64,000 nt of DNA, from NCBI RefSeq assembly GCF_009914755.1, contig NC_060947.1; one strand, 5' to 3'. Below are positions 45,190-63,004 of this stretch, piece after piece. The DNA is from the human T2T-CHM13v2.0 reference genome, Homo sapiens. The position numbers and the translations under genes were made by a program. Every line of letters begins with the position of its first letter. The first letter of the stretch is position 1. The notes under the pieces were generated by a model. That model did not search any database, had not been told where the DNA came from, and was given only the letters and a program-made list of their open reading frames with translations.

Positions 45190-47143
45190 AAAAGATGTCA
45201 CAGGAAAGGGGCCCAGATCCAGACCCCAAGAGAGGGTTCTTGGATCTTGTGCAAGAAAAAAATCAGGGTGAGCTTATAAAGTAAAGTAAAAGCAAGTTTA
45301 TTAAGAAAGTAAAGGAATAAAAGAATGGCTGCTCCACAGACAGAGCAGCCCTGAGGGCTGCTGATTGCCCATTTTTATGGTTATTTCTTGATGATATGCT
45401 AAACAAGGAGTGGATTATTCATTCCTCCCCTTTTTAGACCCCATAGGGTAACTTCCTGTTGTTGCCATAGCATTTGCAAACTGTCATGGTGCTAATGGGA
45501 GTGTAGCAGTGAGGGCGACCAGAGGTCACTCTTGTAGCCATCTTGGTTTTGATGGGTTTTCGCTGGCTTCTTTGCTGCAACCTGATTTATTATAGAGGTC
45601 TTTATGACCTGTATTTGTGCTGATCTCCTATTTCATCCTATGACTTAGAATGCCTTAACCATCTGGAAATGCAGCTCAGTAGGTCTCAGCATCATTTAAC
45701 CCAACCCTTATTCAAGATGGAGTTGCTCTTGTTCACATGCCTCTAACACCCCTAGACCTAAAATAAAAGTAAAATTTAAAAATGGAAATATATTTGGGGT
45801 GGAATATTTTAATTTTCTTCAGTATCATGTGCCTAAGGTAACAGCACTTCTTCTTTACCACATCCCAATGCAAGTTTCCAAAATATAATCCAGCACTATG
45901 AACTTGGTTGAAAACATTTTTTCTGAGGCTCTTTGGGTATTGGTACTTTAAGTCTCTTATACTATAGAGGAAAATTACCAATTTAGGAAGTAAAATTTTT
46001 TGTGAAACCCTCTCTAAAACACCTTTCCTCTCGTCTGAAGAATTAGAAAATATATCAAAACTAAAACCAGTATGCCCTTCATTAGTACAATGAGGCTTTT
46101 CCCCTGTTTACAGAAGTCCAAGCATCAGGACAATGCTGTTTTTTTCAAGGCATAATTGCAAACTCAAATCTCAAATTTATGCCTTTTTACATCCTTTGCT
46201 ATGATTAGAACATGCTGTGAACAATGAGTTACAGTGGCCTGATAATGGCTACTTTGCCTGAACAACGGTGATTTCTATAATCATGTTTAAAATGAAAAGG
46301 CAAACTTGCTTTTCCAGCTTTTTAAAAATCAATTACAAGACATTATTAAAAAAGCTAAAAACATTTTATCATCTATAATTTGAAAAAGAATGTTCTAAAA
46401 TACCATAATACTTAGGTAAAGTTTTAGGCCTTATTCTCTACTGAGTAAACCATTGCCAATTCCTACTGGGTCTCTGCTATTTTTTGAATGGTGTCATTGT
46501 AACTCCTCCTGAACCTGTATGTTGGAGATTAAGATTGCCCTATCCAAAGCAGTTATTTCACTCCAAGTTTTATATAGTTAAGAATTATTTTATTTACTCT
46601 AAGTTTCTAGCTGATTATGACTTTTTCACTAGCAAACTATTCCATTCACATGTACAATATTAATAAAGATACAATTTTATTATTCTTTTGAGCTTCTCTA
46701 TGGATAGTTTCCATCATTTTCCATCCACAATTACAGGGAAAAAAAGAGTGATTTATCATGTGGCATGACATTGTTGGTCAGCTGAAATTACCAAGTACAT
46801 ATTCCTAGTTGTGAGCACATGACTTAGTTTTATTAATTTTCCCTTAGCTTTTCTCTTCTAATAGAGATTACCAGCTTTTGCAATGTTTTAGTCAAGGATC
46901 ATCGGTAATTAAATATGATTATTAAGTTTACTCCATTATCCCTCAAATGTTATCTCACACACTTTGTTCAGGTAAAATACAGTTTCTGAAACAGTTCACA
47001 TTCTAAAAAAACATTTAAGTTATTAAAATGTTGGCTTAGATAAGAAAATTTCATAAGATCACATTTCAAACAGTTCTAAATATTCTAAATGAAAATACCC
47101 TATAGGAATAACTAATTAATACCTTTCTGAAATAAATCACATC

Positions 47144-49521
47144 TGTATTAGTCTGTTTTCACATTGCTTTAAAGAACTACCTAAGACTGAGTAGTTTATG
47201 AAAAAAGAGTGTAATTGACTCACAGTTCCACAGGCTTAACAAGAAGCATGACTGAGAGGCATCAGGAAACTTACAATCATGGTGGAAGAGAAGGGGAAGC
47301 AAGGACCTCCTTCACATGGCAGCAGAAAAGAAAAACAGTGAAGGGGAAAGTGCCACACACTTTCAAACAATCAGATGTCATGAGAACTCACTCAATATCA
47401 TGAGAACAGCAAGGGGGATGTCACCTCCATGATTTAATCACCTCCTACCAGGCCCCTCCCCTCACATAAGATAATTACAACTTGACATGAGATTTGAATG
47501 GGGACACAGAGTCAAATCATATCATTCGGCCTCTGGCTCTACCTAAATCTCATGTCCTTTTCATATTTCAAAACCAATCATGCCTTCCCAACAGTCCCCC
47601 AAAGTCTTAACTCATTCCAGCATTAACCCAAAAATCCAAGTCCAAAGTCTCATCTGAGACAAGGCAAGTACCTTACACTTACGAGCCTGTAAAATGAAAA
47701 ACAAGCTAGTTACTTCCAAGACACAATGGGGGCACCTGCATTGGGTAAATGCTTTTATTGCAAAAGGGAGAAATTGGCTAAAGCCAAGGGACTATACAGG
47801 TCCCATGCAAGTCTGAAACCCAGCAGGGCAGTCATTAAATCTTAAAGCTCTAAAATAATCCCTTTGATTCCATGTCTCACATTTATGGCATGCTGATACA
47901 AGGGGTGGGCTCCAGAGACCTCAGGAAGCTCCACCCCTATGGCTGTGTATGGTACAGACCTCACAGCTCATTTCATGGGCTGGCATTGAGTACTTGCAGC
48001 TTTTACAGGTACAGAGTGAAAGCTGTTGGTGGATCCACAATTCTGGGGTCTGGAAGATAGTGGCCTTTTTCTCACAGATTTACTAGGCAGTGCTCCAGTG
48101 GGGACTCTGTATGGGGGCTCCAACCTCACATTTCCCCCTCTGCACTGCCCTAGTAGAGATTCTCTATGAGGGCCCCACCCCTGCAGCAGTGTTCTTCCTG
48201 GACACCCACACATTTCCATACATCCTCTGAAATTTAGGTGGGGGCTCTCAAATCTTGCTCTTGTGTTCTGTGCACCTGTGGAACAACACCAACACCACAT
48301 GGAAGCTGCCAAGACTTGGGGCTTGCACCTTCTGAAGGAATGACCCAAGCTGTACTTTGGCCCCTTTTAGCCATGGCTGGAAATGGAGCAGCTGGCATGC
48401 AGTGTGCCATGCTCTGAGACTGTACAAAGCAGTGGGGCCCTGGGCCTGGCCCATGAAACCATTTTTCCCCATTAGGCCTCCAGGTCTTATAGACCTGGAG
48501 GGACTGCCGCAAAGATATCTGAAATGCCCTAGAGGTATTTTCCCTATTGACTTCTATATTAACATTTGGCTCCTGGTTGCTTATGCAAATTTCTGCAGCT
48601 GGCTTGAATTTCTCCCCAGAAAATGGGTTTTTATTTTTCTACTGCATAGTCAGCCTGCAAATTTACCAAATTTGTATGCTCTGCTTCCCTTTTAACATAA
48701 GTTCCAATTTCAGACCATCTTTTTATTCACACAAATGAGCTTACACTACTAGAAAGAGCCAGTTATCATCTTGAATGCTTTGCTGGTTAGAAGTTTCTTC
48801 CATCAGATACCCTAAATTATCTCTCTCAAGTTTAAAGTTCCACAGATCTCTAGGGGAGGGGCAAAATTTTGCCAGTCTCTTTGCTAAAGCATAGCAAGAG
48901 TGAGCTTTACTCCAGTTCCCAATAAGGTCCTCATCTTCATCGGATACCACCTCAGCCTGGACTTCACTGTCCATAGCATCGGCATTTTGGTCACAACCAT
49001 TTCACAAGTCAAAAGTTCCAAACTTTTCCATTCTTCCTGTCTTCTGCTTAGCCCTCCAAACTGTTCCAAACTCTGTCCATTACTCAGTTCCAAAGTCACG
49101 TCCACCTTTTCAGGTATCTTTATAGAAATGTCCCAGTTTCCTGGTGCTAGTTTTCTACATTAGTCCATTTTCACATTGCTATAATGAACCACCTGAGACT
49201 GGGTAGTTTATAAAGAAAATGGATTCAATTGACTCACAGTTCTACAGACTTAACAGAAAGCATGGTTTGGAGGCCTCAGGAAACTTACAATCATGATGGA
49301 AGAGGAAGGAGAAAGCAACAACCTTCTTTACATGGTGGCCAGAGAGAGAGAAATCAAAGGGGGAAGTGCCATACACTTTCAAACAACCAGATCTCATGAG
49401 AACAGAAAGGGGGAAGTCTGACCCCTTGATTCAGTAACCTCTCATGAGGCCCCTCCCCTGACATGTGGGGCTTACAGTTCTAGGTGAGATTTGGGTGAGG
49501 ACACAGAGCAAAACCATATCA
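47144..49521 (-). mobile_element. Complete MaLR element (THE1D/MSTA-like): LTR 47144-47524, internal region, LTR 49156-49521
   Basis: Two homologous LTRs flanking a ~1.6-kb MaLR internal sequence; perfect 5-bp TSD ACATC (47139-47143, 49522-49526). Confidence 0.95.
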
Positions 49522-49579
49522 ACATCTTATACTTCTATACCTTTATAACTAGTGAACAAGGGCACAGGACTCAGAACGT

Positions 49580-50310
49580 ATGTACTGGATAAATATTTGT
49601 TGAACAAATGAATGAGGTCTCAAAAGTTAAACCGAGAAGTAATTCACAACGTTTGCAATACTCTGGAGCTCAGATAATCTAAGTTTGAGTCAGCTACTTT
49701 TTAGCTTCTAGGGGCCAAGGGAAGTTATGTAACCATTTTATCCTTAGTTACCTCTATTGTATACATAATATCTCAATTTACTTGACACATCTATTTGTGT
49801 CTGTAACAGACATCTTGATTCAACATGTTGAAAAATGAACTCTCATTCTTTCTCCTCAAACCTCTTTCTCTTGCAGCAAAAATGAAACCTTTGTATTTAC
49901 TGATGATATTCCTCTTTCTTGAGAGATCTTATTGAAAGAAGGATCAAAGAAATAGAGAAGTATCTAGAGGTGGAATGGGGTCAAGAGAGAATATTTTCTA
50001 AGTTAGGCAAAATAGCATATTATTTGTATGCTGAGGGAAATGATACAGAAGAGAGGGAAATATTTAAAATGTGTGAGAAAGAGGTGAGACTTTGATTAAT
50101 GTCCTGGGGGGATAAGGAGTTGTGGGAATTGCTGCACAAATAGATGAGCTGGCTTCAGCTGAGAGCACCAATACGTTGGCTTGCAATAATTAGGTAAAGG
50201 AGAATATTATGGGTGCGGGTACTAGTAAGGGTGTTGATGTGGTGGAGAAGATTGTAAAGTTCTCTTCAAATTGTTGCAGTTTTCTCAGTGAAATGAGAAA
50301 CAAGATAATC
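49580..50310. mobile_element. L2 and MIR relics
   Basis: ataaatatttgttgaacaaatgaatga; ttcaacatgttgaaaaatgaactctcattc; purine-rich antisense L2-like tract. Confidence 0.6.
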
Positions 50311-50311
50311 T

Positions 50312-54400
<4,089 letters not shown>

Positions 54401-55345
54401 TTCTGAGATTTACTTTAAAAAATTTTTTTTAATTTTTTCATTCTATTCCTAGTCTTGCACAGGAAGGTTGCACCATGCACTCTTGGTAAAACGTTTCACT
54501 TTTTAAATGACCTTCAGGATATTCAGTCGGTTCTTCTTCAGTAACCAGTTCAATGAAAGAGTATTTCTTCAGATCATTTATTAGGCCTTTAATGGTTATT
54601 TGGCCAAAGAAGAAAGAGCAGGCTTATACCATGAGTCAGACAAAGCATCTAACTTATGGGAAGTCTATATGCAGAATCATTCAACATGTCCACAAAAAGT
54701 ACATCATAGGTTTGCTTACATTAATCAAATCCGGATATGTCTTAAGGTTAAGATTGTATCATCAGCCTCATTGACTACAGTAATTCCAGTTTACCTTTAC
54801 CACCTGAGAAGCTATGAAACAGAAACATCATTTAGTGTTGTCAAAGTTTTAATTACTTAATAAACAAAACTGATTATTCGATCTGTATCCATCAACTTTT
54901 TTTTCTGTTTAGCAGAGGGACTTTTTGATCTAGTGAAATTTATAGAGATCCAGAAAGTTCTAGGAAAGCAAAATCTGGCAGAAAAAAAAATGGATGCACT
55001 GTCTTTATCATACCAGAACAGCCAGTTCTAGGTTATTGTTAAGCATGTGACCTTCCTAACACATGTTCCCAGGATGAGCAACGGCTTTGTTAATGTTCTA
55101 TTAACCTGTTAATTCATTCACAGCACAGACTTCCAATTAGTAGTAGACTGTTAAAGTAGATGAGTAGAGTCTTTAAATATAGCATACTTGGTTATATTTT
55201 GCCAAATACTTTCCCCATTTTAAATGCACCACGATTGGTAGATGGGCAGCAATTACCATAGAATATGGATACTTTGAGTCTTATTGCTCTGCCCGAGCTG
55301 CTTCCACAGGAGCGCTCAACTATATTTTGACCACAAAACTACTTT

Positions 55346-55618
55346 TTTAAAAATGTCTTTTACATTTTTAGAAAATCTCTGTACTTGCCTTACCCTCACC
55401 TCCCGCCACCCCTAGTATTATATATATGCAATACACACACACGCGCACACACACAGGTCACTTATTTAGTGCTTGTTCAGTAGTGTAATTTTAAAATCTC
55501 TTTTACATTTTTAAAAAATCTCTGTACTTGCCTTACCCTCACCTCCCACCACCCCTAGTATTATATAAATACAATGTACACACACACACTAGTCACTTGC
55601 TTGTTCAGTAGTGTAATT
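55346..55618. repeat. Diverged ~140-bp tandem duplication, each copy with a (CA)n tract
   Basis: cttttacattttta..aaaatctctgtacttgccttaccctcacctccc.ccacccctagtattatat...gcttgttcagtagtgtaatt occurs twice. Confidence 0.93.
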
Positions 55619-57567
55619 ACTTCTCTGAAAGTAAAGCCCTTTTCTTTACTCCTGGAAATATGCCAGGAAAATCACATGCTTTTGATAACAAATATTTCAG
55701 AAGCTGCCCTACTTTTGTAATATAACAGCATTTAGTCTGTTAAGCCAAGTTGCTGCTTGGCACCTCTTGGCACTGTTCTGCATCCCAAAAATATATGTCT
55801 GGCAATAAAAAATAATTGGAAGACAATATAAGTCTTTCTGGATGTCCCTCAAAGAACAGAAAAAAGAGGTTTATATTGTTAAGGCTTACCAAAACCTCAA
55901 ACTTCTTTTTTGGACATTTCACTTCAAATAACTTTCCCATAGGTGGAGTGCTAAAAAATGTCTCTTCTTCTTCTCAAAACTTCCCATAAATCTCCCTCAG
56001 AACCCAAGTTGCCTAGTTTTCCTCTCACCTCATCTCACCCTTACTATGACTTGGCTCATTACTACACAGATCAACTTAGCATCTTTCAATACTTCAAACT
56101 CATTTTTCATGTTATGTACAACAAATGAAAACCTGATTTGACCCAGATAGCTATGTCTTCTATTCTTTTTGCAACACATAAAATTATCTCAGCTCCTTTT
56201 TATAAAAGGAAAGATCTTCCTCTTTCTTCTCTTTATGCTTACCTGTTCTTTAAATATTATGTCATTGATTTAAGTTAACTTACAATTCAATTTTTTTAAT
56301 TTTTTACTTTAAGTAGAAAAACTTGCAAAAGTTTCAGACAATCATATGCAAGTGTCTTCCCAATAATGTCTTCTTTAAGAAAATGGTACAAAGATTTGGA
56401 AAAGATTTCTGGTGCCTCCACTTTTAAATGTTATTGCAAATTGCCATGTATGTTTTAGTCTGCATAGTTATTTACTGATGTCATAAGAATTTGAGTTAAT
56501 TAGTCCATGCACTGGAAACTAATTAGAAAATAAATAAAATGTATTTAAATAACTTCTAATGAATTATTATTTAACTCTAAATAATGTTTATATGTTATTC
56601 ATCCTTTCACAATACTTCAAAATTTACTCCCCACTTCTAATTGTTTTTGCTAATCATCTGTCTCAAACTTATCTTCTAACCCCAATCCTCAATGTTTTCT
56701 TACAAAATAGTTTAATTATTTAAAAGAAAACAATTTTTAAAGCTTGTATTTACCTCAAGGTACAAGTCAAAGCCAGGAAAAGCCTAAAAGACATTTTTTT
56801 TTTCTGAGTCTGGAAAACACTCCCTGAGCCCCTTAGGAACAGAGGGTGGTTCTGAGTTCACTCACTTCTCTCCCTGCTCCAAAAGAGATCTGACAGGTGT
56901 GAAGATCTTGGTAAATCTGTAATCAAGCACAATTAACCAATAGTTTCCCCTGATGGGTTGTAGTATCTCCTCCCCAGTTATTCCATGAATTTTTTTGAAT
57001 GAATAGCTGACCTAGAGACTAGGATAAACTCCCAAGAGCAGTGGCCATCAATTACTGAGCTCCATACCCAGAAGTAACTAGATAATAATTTAATGTTCTA
57101 CCTCCAATTAAAGTAGTATGTATCTTCTTAAATATTTCCAGCAGATTTTTAATTTATCCATACTTATTATACATCTTGCACTGTGCTAGGCACTATACAA
57201 TACATAGACTCTCGGTATTACTTATCATAGTGACTAACACTTATGGTCAAAAAATTTATCTAATCTTTAGATATTTAACCTGTATTTTTCTGTTTCTGGT
57301 ATTAAAAACACTAAGCCATTCTCATTTATATGGTACAATGGTTGAACGAATTAAATACCTTCCACAGTGTGAACATTTAACTCCCTTGGTTAACCTTCTA
57401 ATTTGAAAAAGAAGATTGAGGGTCATAGCTGAACTAGCTTTTGAATTTACCACTAATTTACACAGTCAACTTAGAGATGTTGATTTACCCATTCCCTCAG
57501 ATCTTCATTGACATTAACGAGGACTTCAATAGATTAACATTCTGGATTAAATAGTGGGTGTTATTTT

Positions 57568-57981
57568 ATTAGTAGACTTTTGCTTTAATAATGCTGCATA
57601 ACAAATAACCCCCAAATCTCGGTGACTCACAACAAAAAATATATATTTATTTTTTATTCACAAGGCTGTGGTTCAGCTAAGGTGACTCTGTTCAGGCTAT
57701 AGGTTGGTTTCTGGTCTCCTCCATATTTATTTCTGTTTCAAGACTCATACTGAAGGAGCTATCCCTTATTTGGGATATGACATTTTTATGGAAGATGATA
57801 GGAGCACAAGTGGCCAACCTATACTACATATTTAAGGCTTCTGCTCAGATTTCCACTCACTTTCCTTTCACCAATGGAAATCACTAGGGCCAAACCCAAC
57901 ATCAATAAAGCAGAGAAATATACACTTGTCCTACAAAGAGAAAGGAGAAGAAATATTTGCTGAGTCACAAAATGTATCACA
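57568..57981 (-). mobile_element. MLT1 (MLT1I/J-like) MaLR LTR
   Basis: atgctgcataacaaataacccccaaatctcggtgac...tttaaggcttctgctca...gccaaacccaacatcaat. Confidence 0.75.
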
Positions 57982-58038
57982 CTGGGCAACCCGACTTCAA
58001 ATTTTTTTTTTGCAAGTATGCTTTCTTTTTGATTATGA

Positions 58039-58763
<725 letters not shown>

Positions 58764-59204
58764 AGGATATTATACTCTTAAATAAAGTGACAATATACAT
58801 TGATTTCTAAATCCCAGAACATTCTTTGTAAACACTATTACCTAATTATAAGCCGATGATTAAAAATTATATGAACCACCATTAAACATTTACAGCAATT
58901 GATATTCAGCTCAGTGGCCATTACTAGTTTGTTTAACCTTGTTTCATAGAATATATTAATTAATTTATGACTGTCAATTTGTATTGAATATACAAAATTT
59001 GATTCATCATAATTCACCTTAGTCACAAAGTGAAATGCGTGTGTATATATTACCTTCATTATAGAAGCCCATAAATATTTATTAGTTTATTTATTTTCTG
59101 TAACATCAACTTTAATAAATAGTTTTTTAACCACTTGAGGATAAGAAGACACTTTTTTCAATGTCATATAATCAATACAATAAAATTTCTCAATTGATTC
59201 TTAG

Positions 59205-59360
59205 TAGTATGTGTGTGCATGCATATATATAGAGAGAGAGAGAGACACAAACATACATATTTAAGTACATACACATAGATATTTAAGTAACTTGCCAAGA
59301 AACTAGGCCTCTCTCGCTCTCTCTACATCTCTCTGTCTCTCCCTCTCTCTCTCTCTTTTT
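59205..59360. repeat. Compound (TG)/(TA)/(GA)/(CT) microsatellites
   Basis: Seen directly. Confidence 0.85.
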
Positions 59361-60666
59361 CTGTTCTCATTTTATCTGTGAAAATTAACCATGTGAAAGG
59401 CGGCTCCAGATTTGGTTCTAAAGTTCTGTTTTGTAAACTCATAGACAGCAATTTTTCTATTGCCACTTCTGGACATTTTGTGAAAAATTAAGGGTTAGGC
59501 ATTTGCACTTGGGAAAGCATGAGAACATTTACTCTCAAACTTATAACTAATTTTTTCATTTGTTGAATGAAGCCATTTCTGGATTGCTTTTCCCTAAATG
59601 TTAAAATCTGTCTTTACCTGTCCCTTAGGTCTACTACTGACAGAAATCAAAATAGAAGGGGATTCTCAATTTTGATGGTAAAATCTACACAAATATTTTC
59701 TATGCTGTTCTACAAGTTACTTTTTTTTTTACTATCATTATGATGTTGAGAACATCCTTCCATAACAATTCATACAGATTCACTATTTTTTCTAACTGTT
59801 GCATATTTTTATAAAAATTATTTTAAAAAGTCATCGTGTGTATATATTTAAAGAAGTTTGTAAGGTTGCACACCAAATTATTAATATTAGGGAAGAGAGA
59901 ACATTATTTGCTATTTACATTTTATACTTCTATATTATTTGAATGTTTTTGTATAAATATTTTACCATTTGCCGATTACCTTTATAATTTTAAAATTAAA
60001 ATAAAATAATAAAAGAAACGAAGATAGCCTGTAAGTAAAAATAAATTGAGTAAGATGATACAGTTGTCTACCCCAGCGTGTTTCATGAAGTCTAATAATG
60101 AGATAAATCAATTATGTATTTTTTTATTTTTCTAAGAAGGAAATTAATGCTGCAAATAAACAGAGTCACAAAGCACGGCTGGATGAACATTGATGGACGG
60201 ACTTGCCTTTTTTATCTGTACTGTCTTTTGGAGTCATGTCTAGTGTAGGAGAGTCGGGGAATGCCTCTTACCTGCACAAAGTCAATAATGACTGAAATGT
60301 GTTCAAACAAAAAAATGTGAAACTATAATAATTTCTTGTCACATAATGGGCAACCAATATTTCTTTTTTGAATCCAAGAATACAATAAAAAATCACCACC
60401 ACCAAGTTACTAAATAATGTTAGGTTTTTATTACAATTTGGGGAAAATACTTCATTTTTACAACATTTGTTTTGTTAGTATCATCTCATAAGAATACCTA
60501 TTTTCCGTTTTCCTGTTGAGGACTTCATTTTTTTGTCATTGTTATATCTGCACAGGGAAACATTCTCAATTTATCATACTTTGACATATAAACACACTCA
60601 TTAATTTTGCTCACTGACCTAAAATCAATATTCATAATAAAAGATGCAAGAATTTGATTGAGTTTT

Positions 60667-61111
60667 TGTGATGGTTAATACCAAGTGTCAACTTGACTGG
60701 ATTGAAGGATACAAAGTATTGATCCTGGGTGTGTCTGTGAGGGTGTTGCCAAAGGAGATTAACATTTGAGTCAGTGGGCTGGGAAAGGCGGACCCACCCT
60801 TAATCTGGGTGGGCACAATCTAATTAGCTGCCAGTGTGGCTAGAATATAAGCAGGCAGAAAACTGTGAAAAGAGAGACTCGCCTAGCCTCCCAGCCTACA
60901 TCTTTCTCCTGTGCTGAATGCTTCTTGCCCCTCGAACACTGGATTCCAAGTTCTTCAGTTCTGGAACTCAGACTAGCTCTCCTTGCTCCTCAGTCTGCAG
61001 ACAGCCTACTGTGGGACCCTGTGGTCATGTGAGTTCATACTTAATAAACTCTCCTTTATGTGTATATGTATTCCATTAGTTCTGTCCCTCTAGAGAACAC
61101 TGACTGATACA
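60667..61111 (+). mobile_element. MLT2A1-like ERVL solo LTR
   Basis: tgtgatggttaatacc..gtgtcaacttga.tggattgaaggatacaaagtattgatcctgggtgtg...ctagagaac.ctgac.aataca pattern; TSD GTTTT/GTTAT. Confidence 0.93.
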
Positions 61112-61554
61112 GTTATATAAGCACACCTTTTTTTAAAAGACATCCAATCCAATTCCTTCCTTAATAAAATAGTCACTTAACATAGAGATAGTCTCAGTGT
61201 TTCTAAAGGTTATATGCAAGAATATATGTAATTTTTAAGAATAGATAAATTCTGCTTCTGACATGAACTTAAGTCATTGAACAGCACTAAGCATATAATT
61301 AATTGAATGTTAGATTATACTAATCTGAAAAGTCAGAATTAATGTCATAGACAAAGGCTCCAACTATGAATAGAAATTAATTGTTCTAGAGAAAAAAAGA
61401 ATTTGTCCCAATATTTCCCAATTGAGCTTTGTCTATAATTTAATGTTCAAAATCAATATGAACTTTTTCTAGCAGTCTGAGGACCCAAGGGGACAGGTGT
61501 CTATGGGGAAAGGAGGGGAATGTCTGGTTAAAAAAATGTAGGAAGCTACATAAT

Positions 61555-62113
61555 ACTTCATTGGGTATATGTATCACATTTTCTTTATCCAACCATCTGT
61601 TGATGCACACATAGGAGTACTATGCAGCCATTAAAAAAGAATGAGATCTTGTTGTTTGCAACAATATGGTAGGTCATTATGTTAAGTGAAATAAGTCTGT
61701 CACAGAAAGAAAAACTTCACATGCTATTACTTATTTGAGGGAGCTAAAAATCTAAACAATTAAACCCATGGAGATAGAGAGCAGAAGGATGGTTACCAGA
61801 GGACGGGAAAGGTAGTGGGAGGAGAAAGGGGATGATTAATGGGTATAAAATAAAAATAGTGAAAAAAATAAGTTTTGAATATTTGATAGCACAACAGGGT
61901 GACTATAGTCAATAATAATTTAATCGTACTTTGAAAATAACCAAAATAGTAGAATTGGAGTGCTTGAAACACAAAGGATAAATGCTCCAGGCGATGAATA
62001 CCCCATTTTGCATGATGTGATTATTATGTATTACATGTCTGTATTAGGGTATCTCGTGTGCTACATTAATATATACACCTAGTATGTACCCAAAAAATTA
62101 AAAATAAAAAAAT
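61555..62113 (+). mobile_element. L1MA 3' end with a short inverted 5' piece (61555-61612)
   Basis: Antisense cacattttctttatcca...gttgatg abuts sense ggagtactatgcagccattaaaaaagaatgag. Confidence 0.85.
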
Positions 62114-62329
62114 ATCGTGTAGGACACTAAGGCATCTTAACAGGTTAGATGTAGAAAGTGATTCTATCTATTCCATAAATACCTTTTCACTTTCTCTTTT
62201 ACTACTAAAAGTAGTGGATCATGGAAGCCACTTGCAGAAAAAAAGAAAGATTCTTTATTCTGGATCTCCCACATTAACACTCTGCATTAGGAGACTGTCC
62301 TTTCTGCTCTCTATGCCCAAATTATCTTC

Positions 62330-63000
62330 CTTTTATATCAACAGCCAGAGATTAATGACCATTTACTTGCTATTAATGATGCATATATTTTGCCAGACAT
62401 AGGGATGCAAAGGTTTGGAAGAACAGACATAGTCCTTGCTTTCATGGCATAGACATAGACATTGTAGCCAGTGAAACAAACATTAATTGTTTTACATTAC
62501 ACATATAAATGTGTGTAATTACAAACTGAGGTAAGTTGTTTAAAGGAAAGTTACTCAGTTATATAAAAATATATAACAAGAAACCTGACCTAGAATTGTG
62601 TGTATGTCTCAGAGGTGATGACGGTGGGGGGACTGTCAGGAAAGATATCCCTGAGGAAGCAACAAATCTGAGAGTGAATGAAAAAAAGAAGTAAACTTGA
62701 TAAGGAGCTGTATGGGTAAGTGGGTGGGCATGGAGCATTTAAGGTGGAGGGAACATGTGCAAATACCCTATGGCAGATGGTAAAATGGCAGATTGGTGGT
62801 AGTACTGCAAAACAGCCAGAAGCGTAAGAGTATAGAGAGAAAGACAGTTCAAAATTGGTCTTTATAGGTAGGCAGGGCCAAACAATACAGGAACATGTCT
62901 TTGTTAAAGTTTTTGATATTTATTTTAAAAGCTGTGTGAAATAATTTAAGGATTTAAGTAGAATATGACACAATTATATATGTGGCTTAAAGTTTTTTGA
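62330..63000 (-). mobile_element. L2 relic
   Basis: agacatagtccttgctttcatgg...gtcagggaaagatatccctgagga...gggaacatgtgcaaatacc. Confidence 0.7.
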
Positions 63001-63004
63001 GGGC

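Noticed and set aside
47872-49163. Multiple overlapping ORFs
   Set aside because: Decayed MaLR internal region
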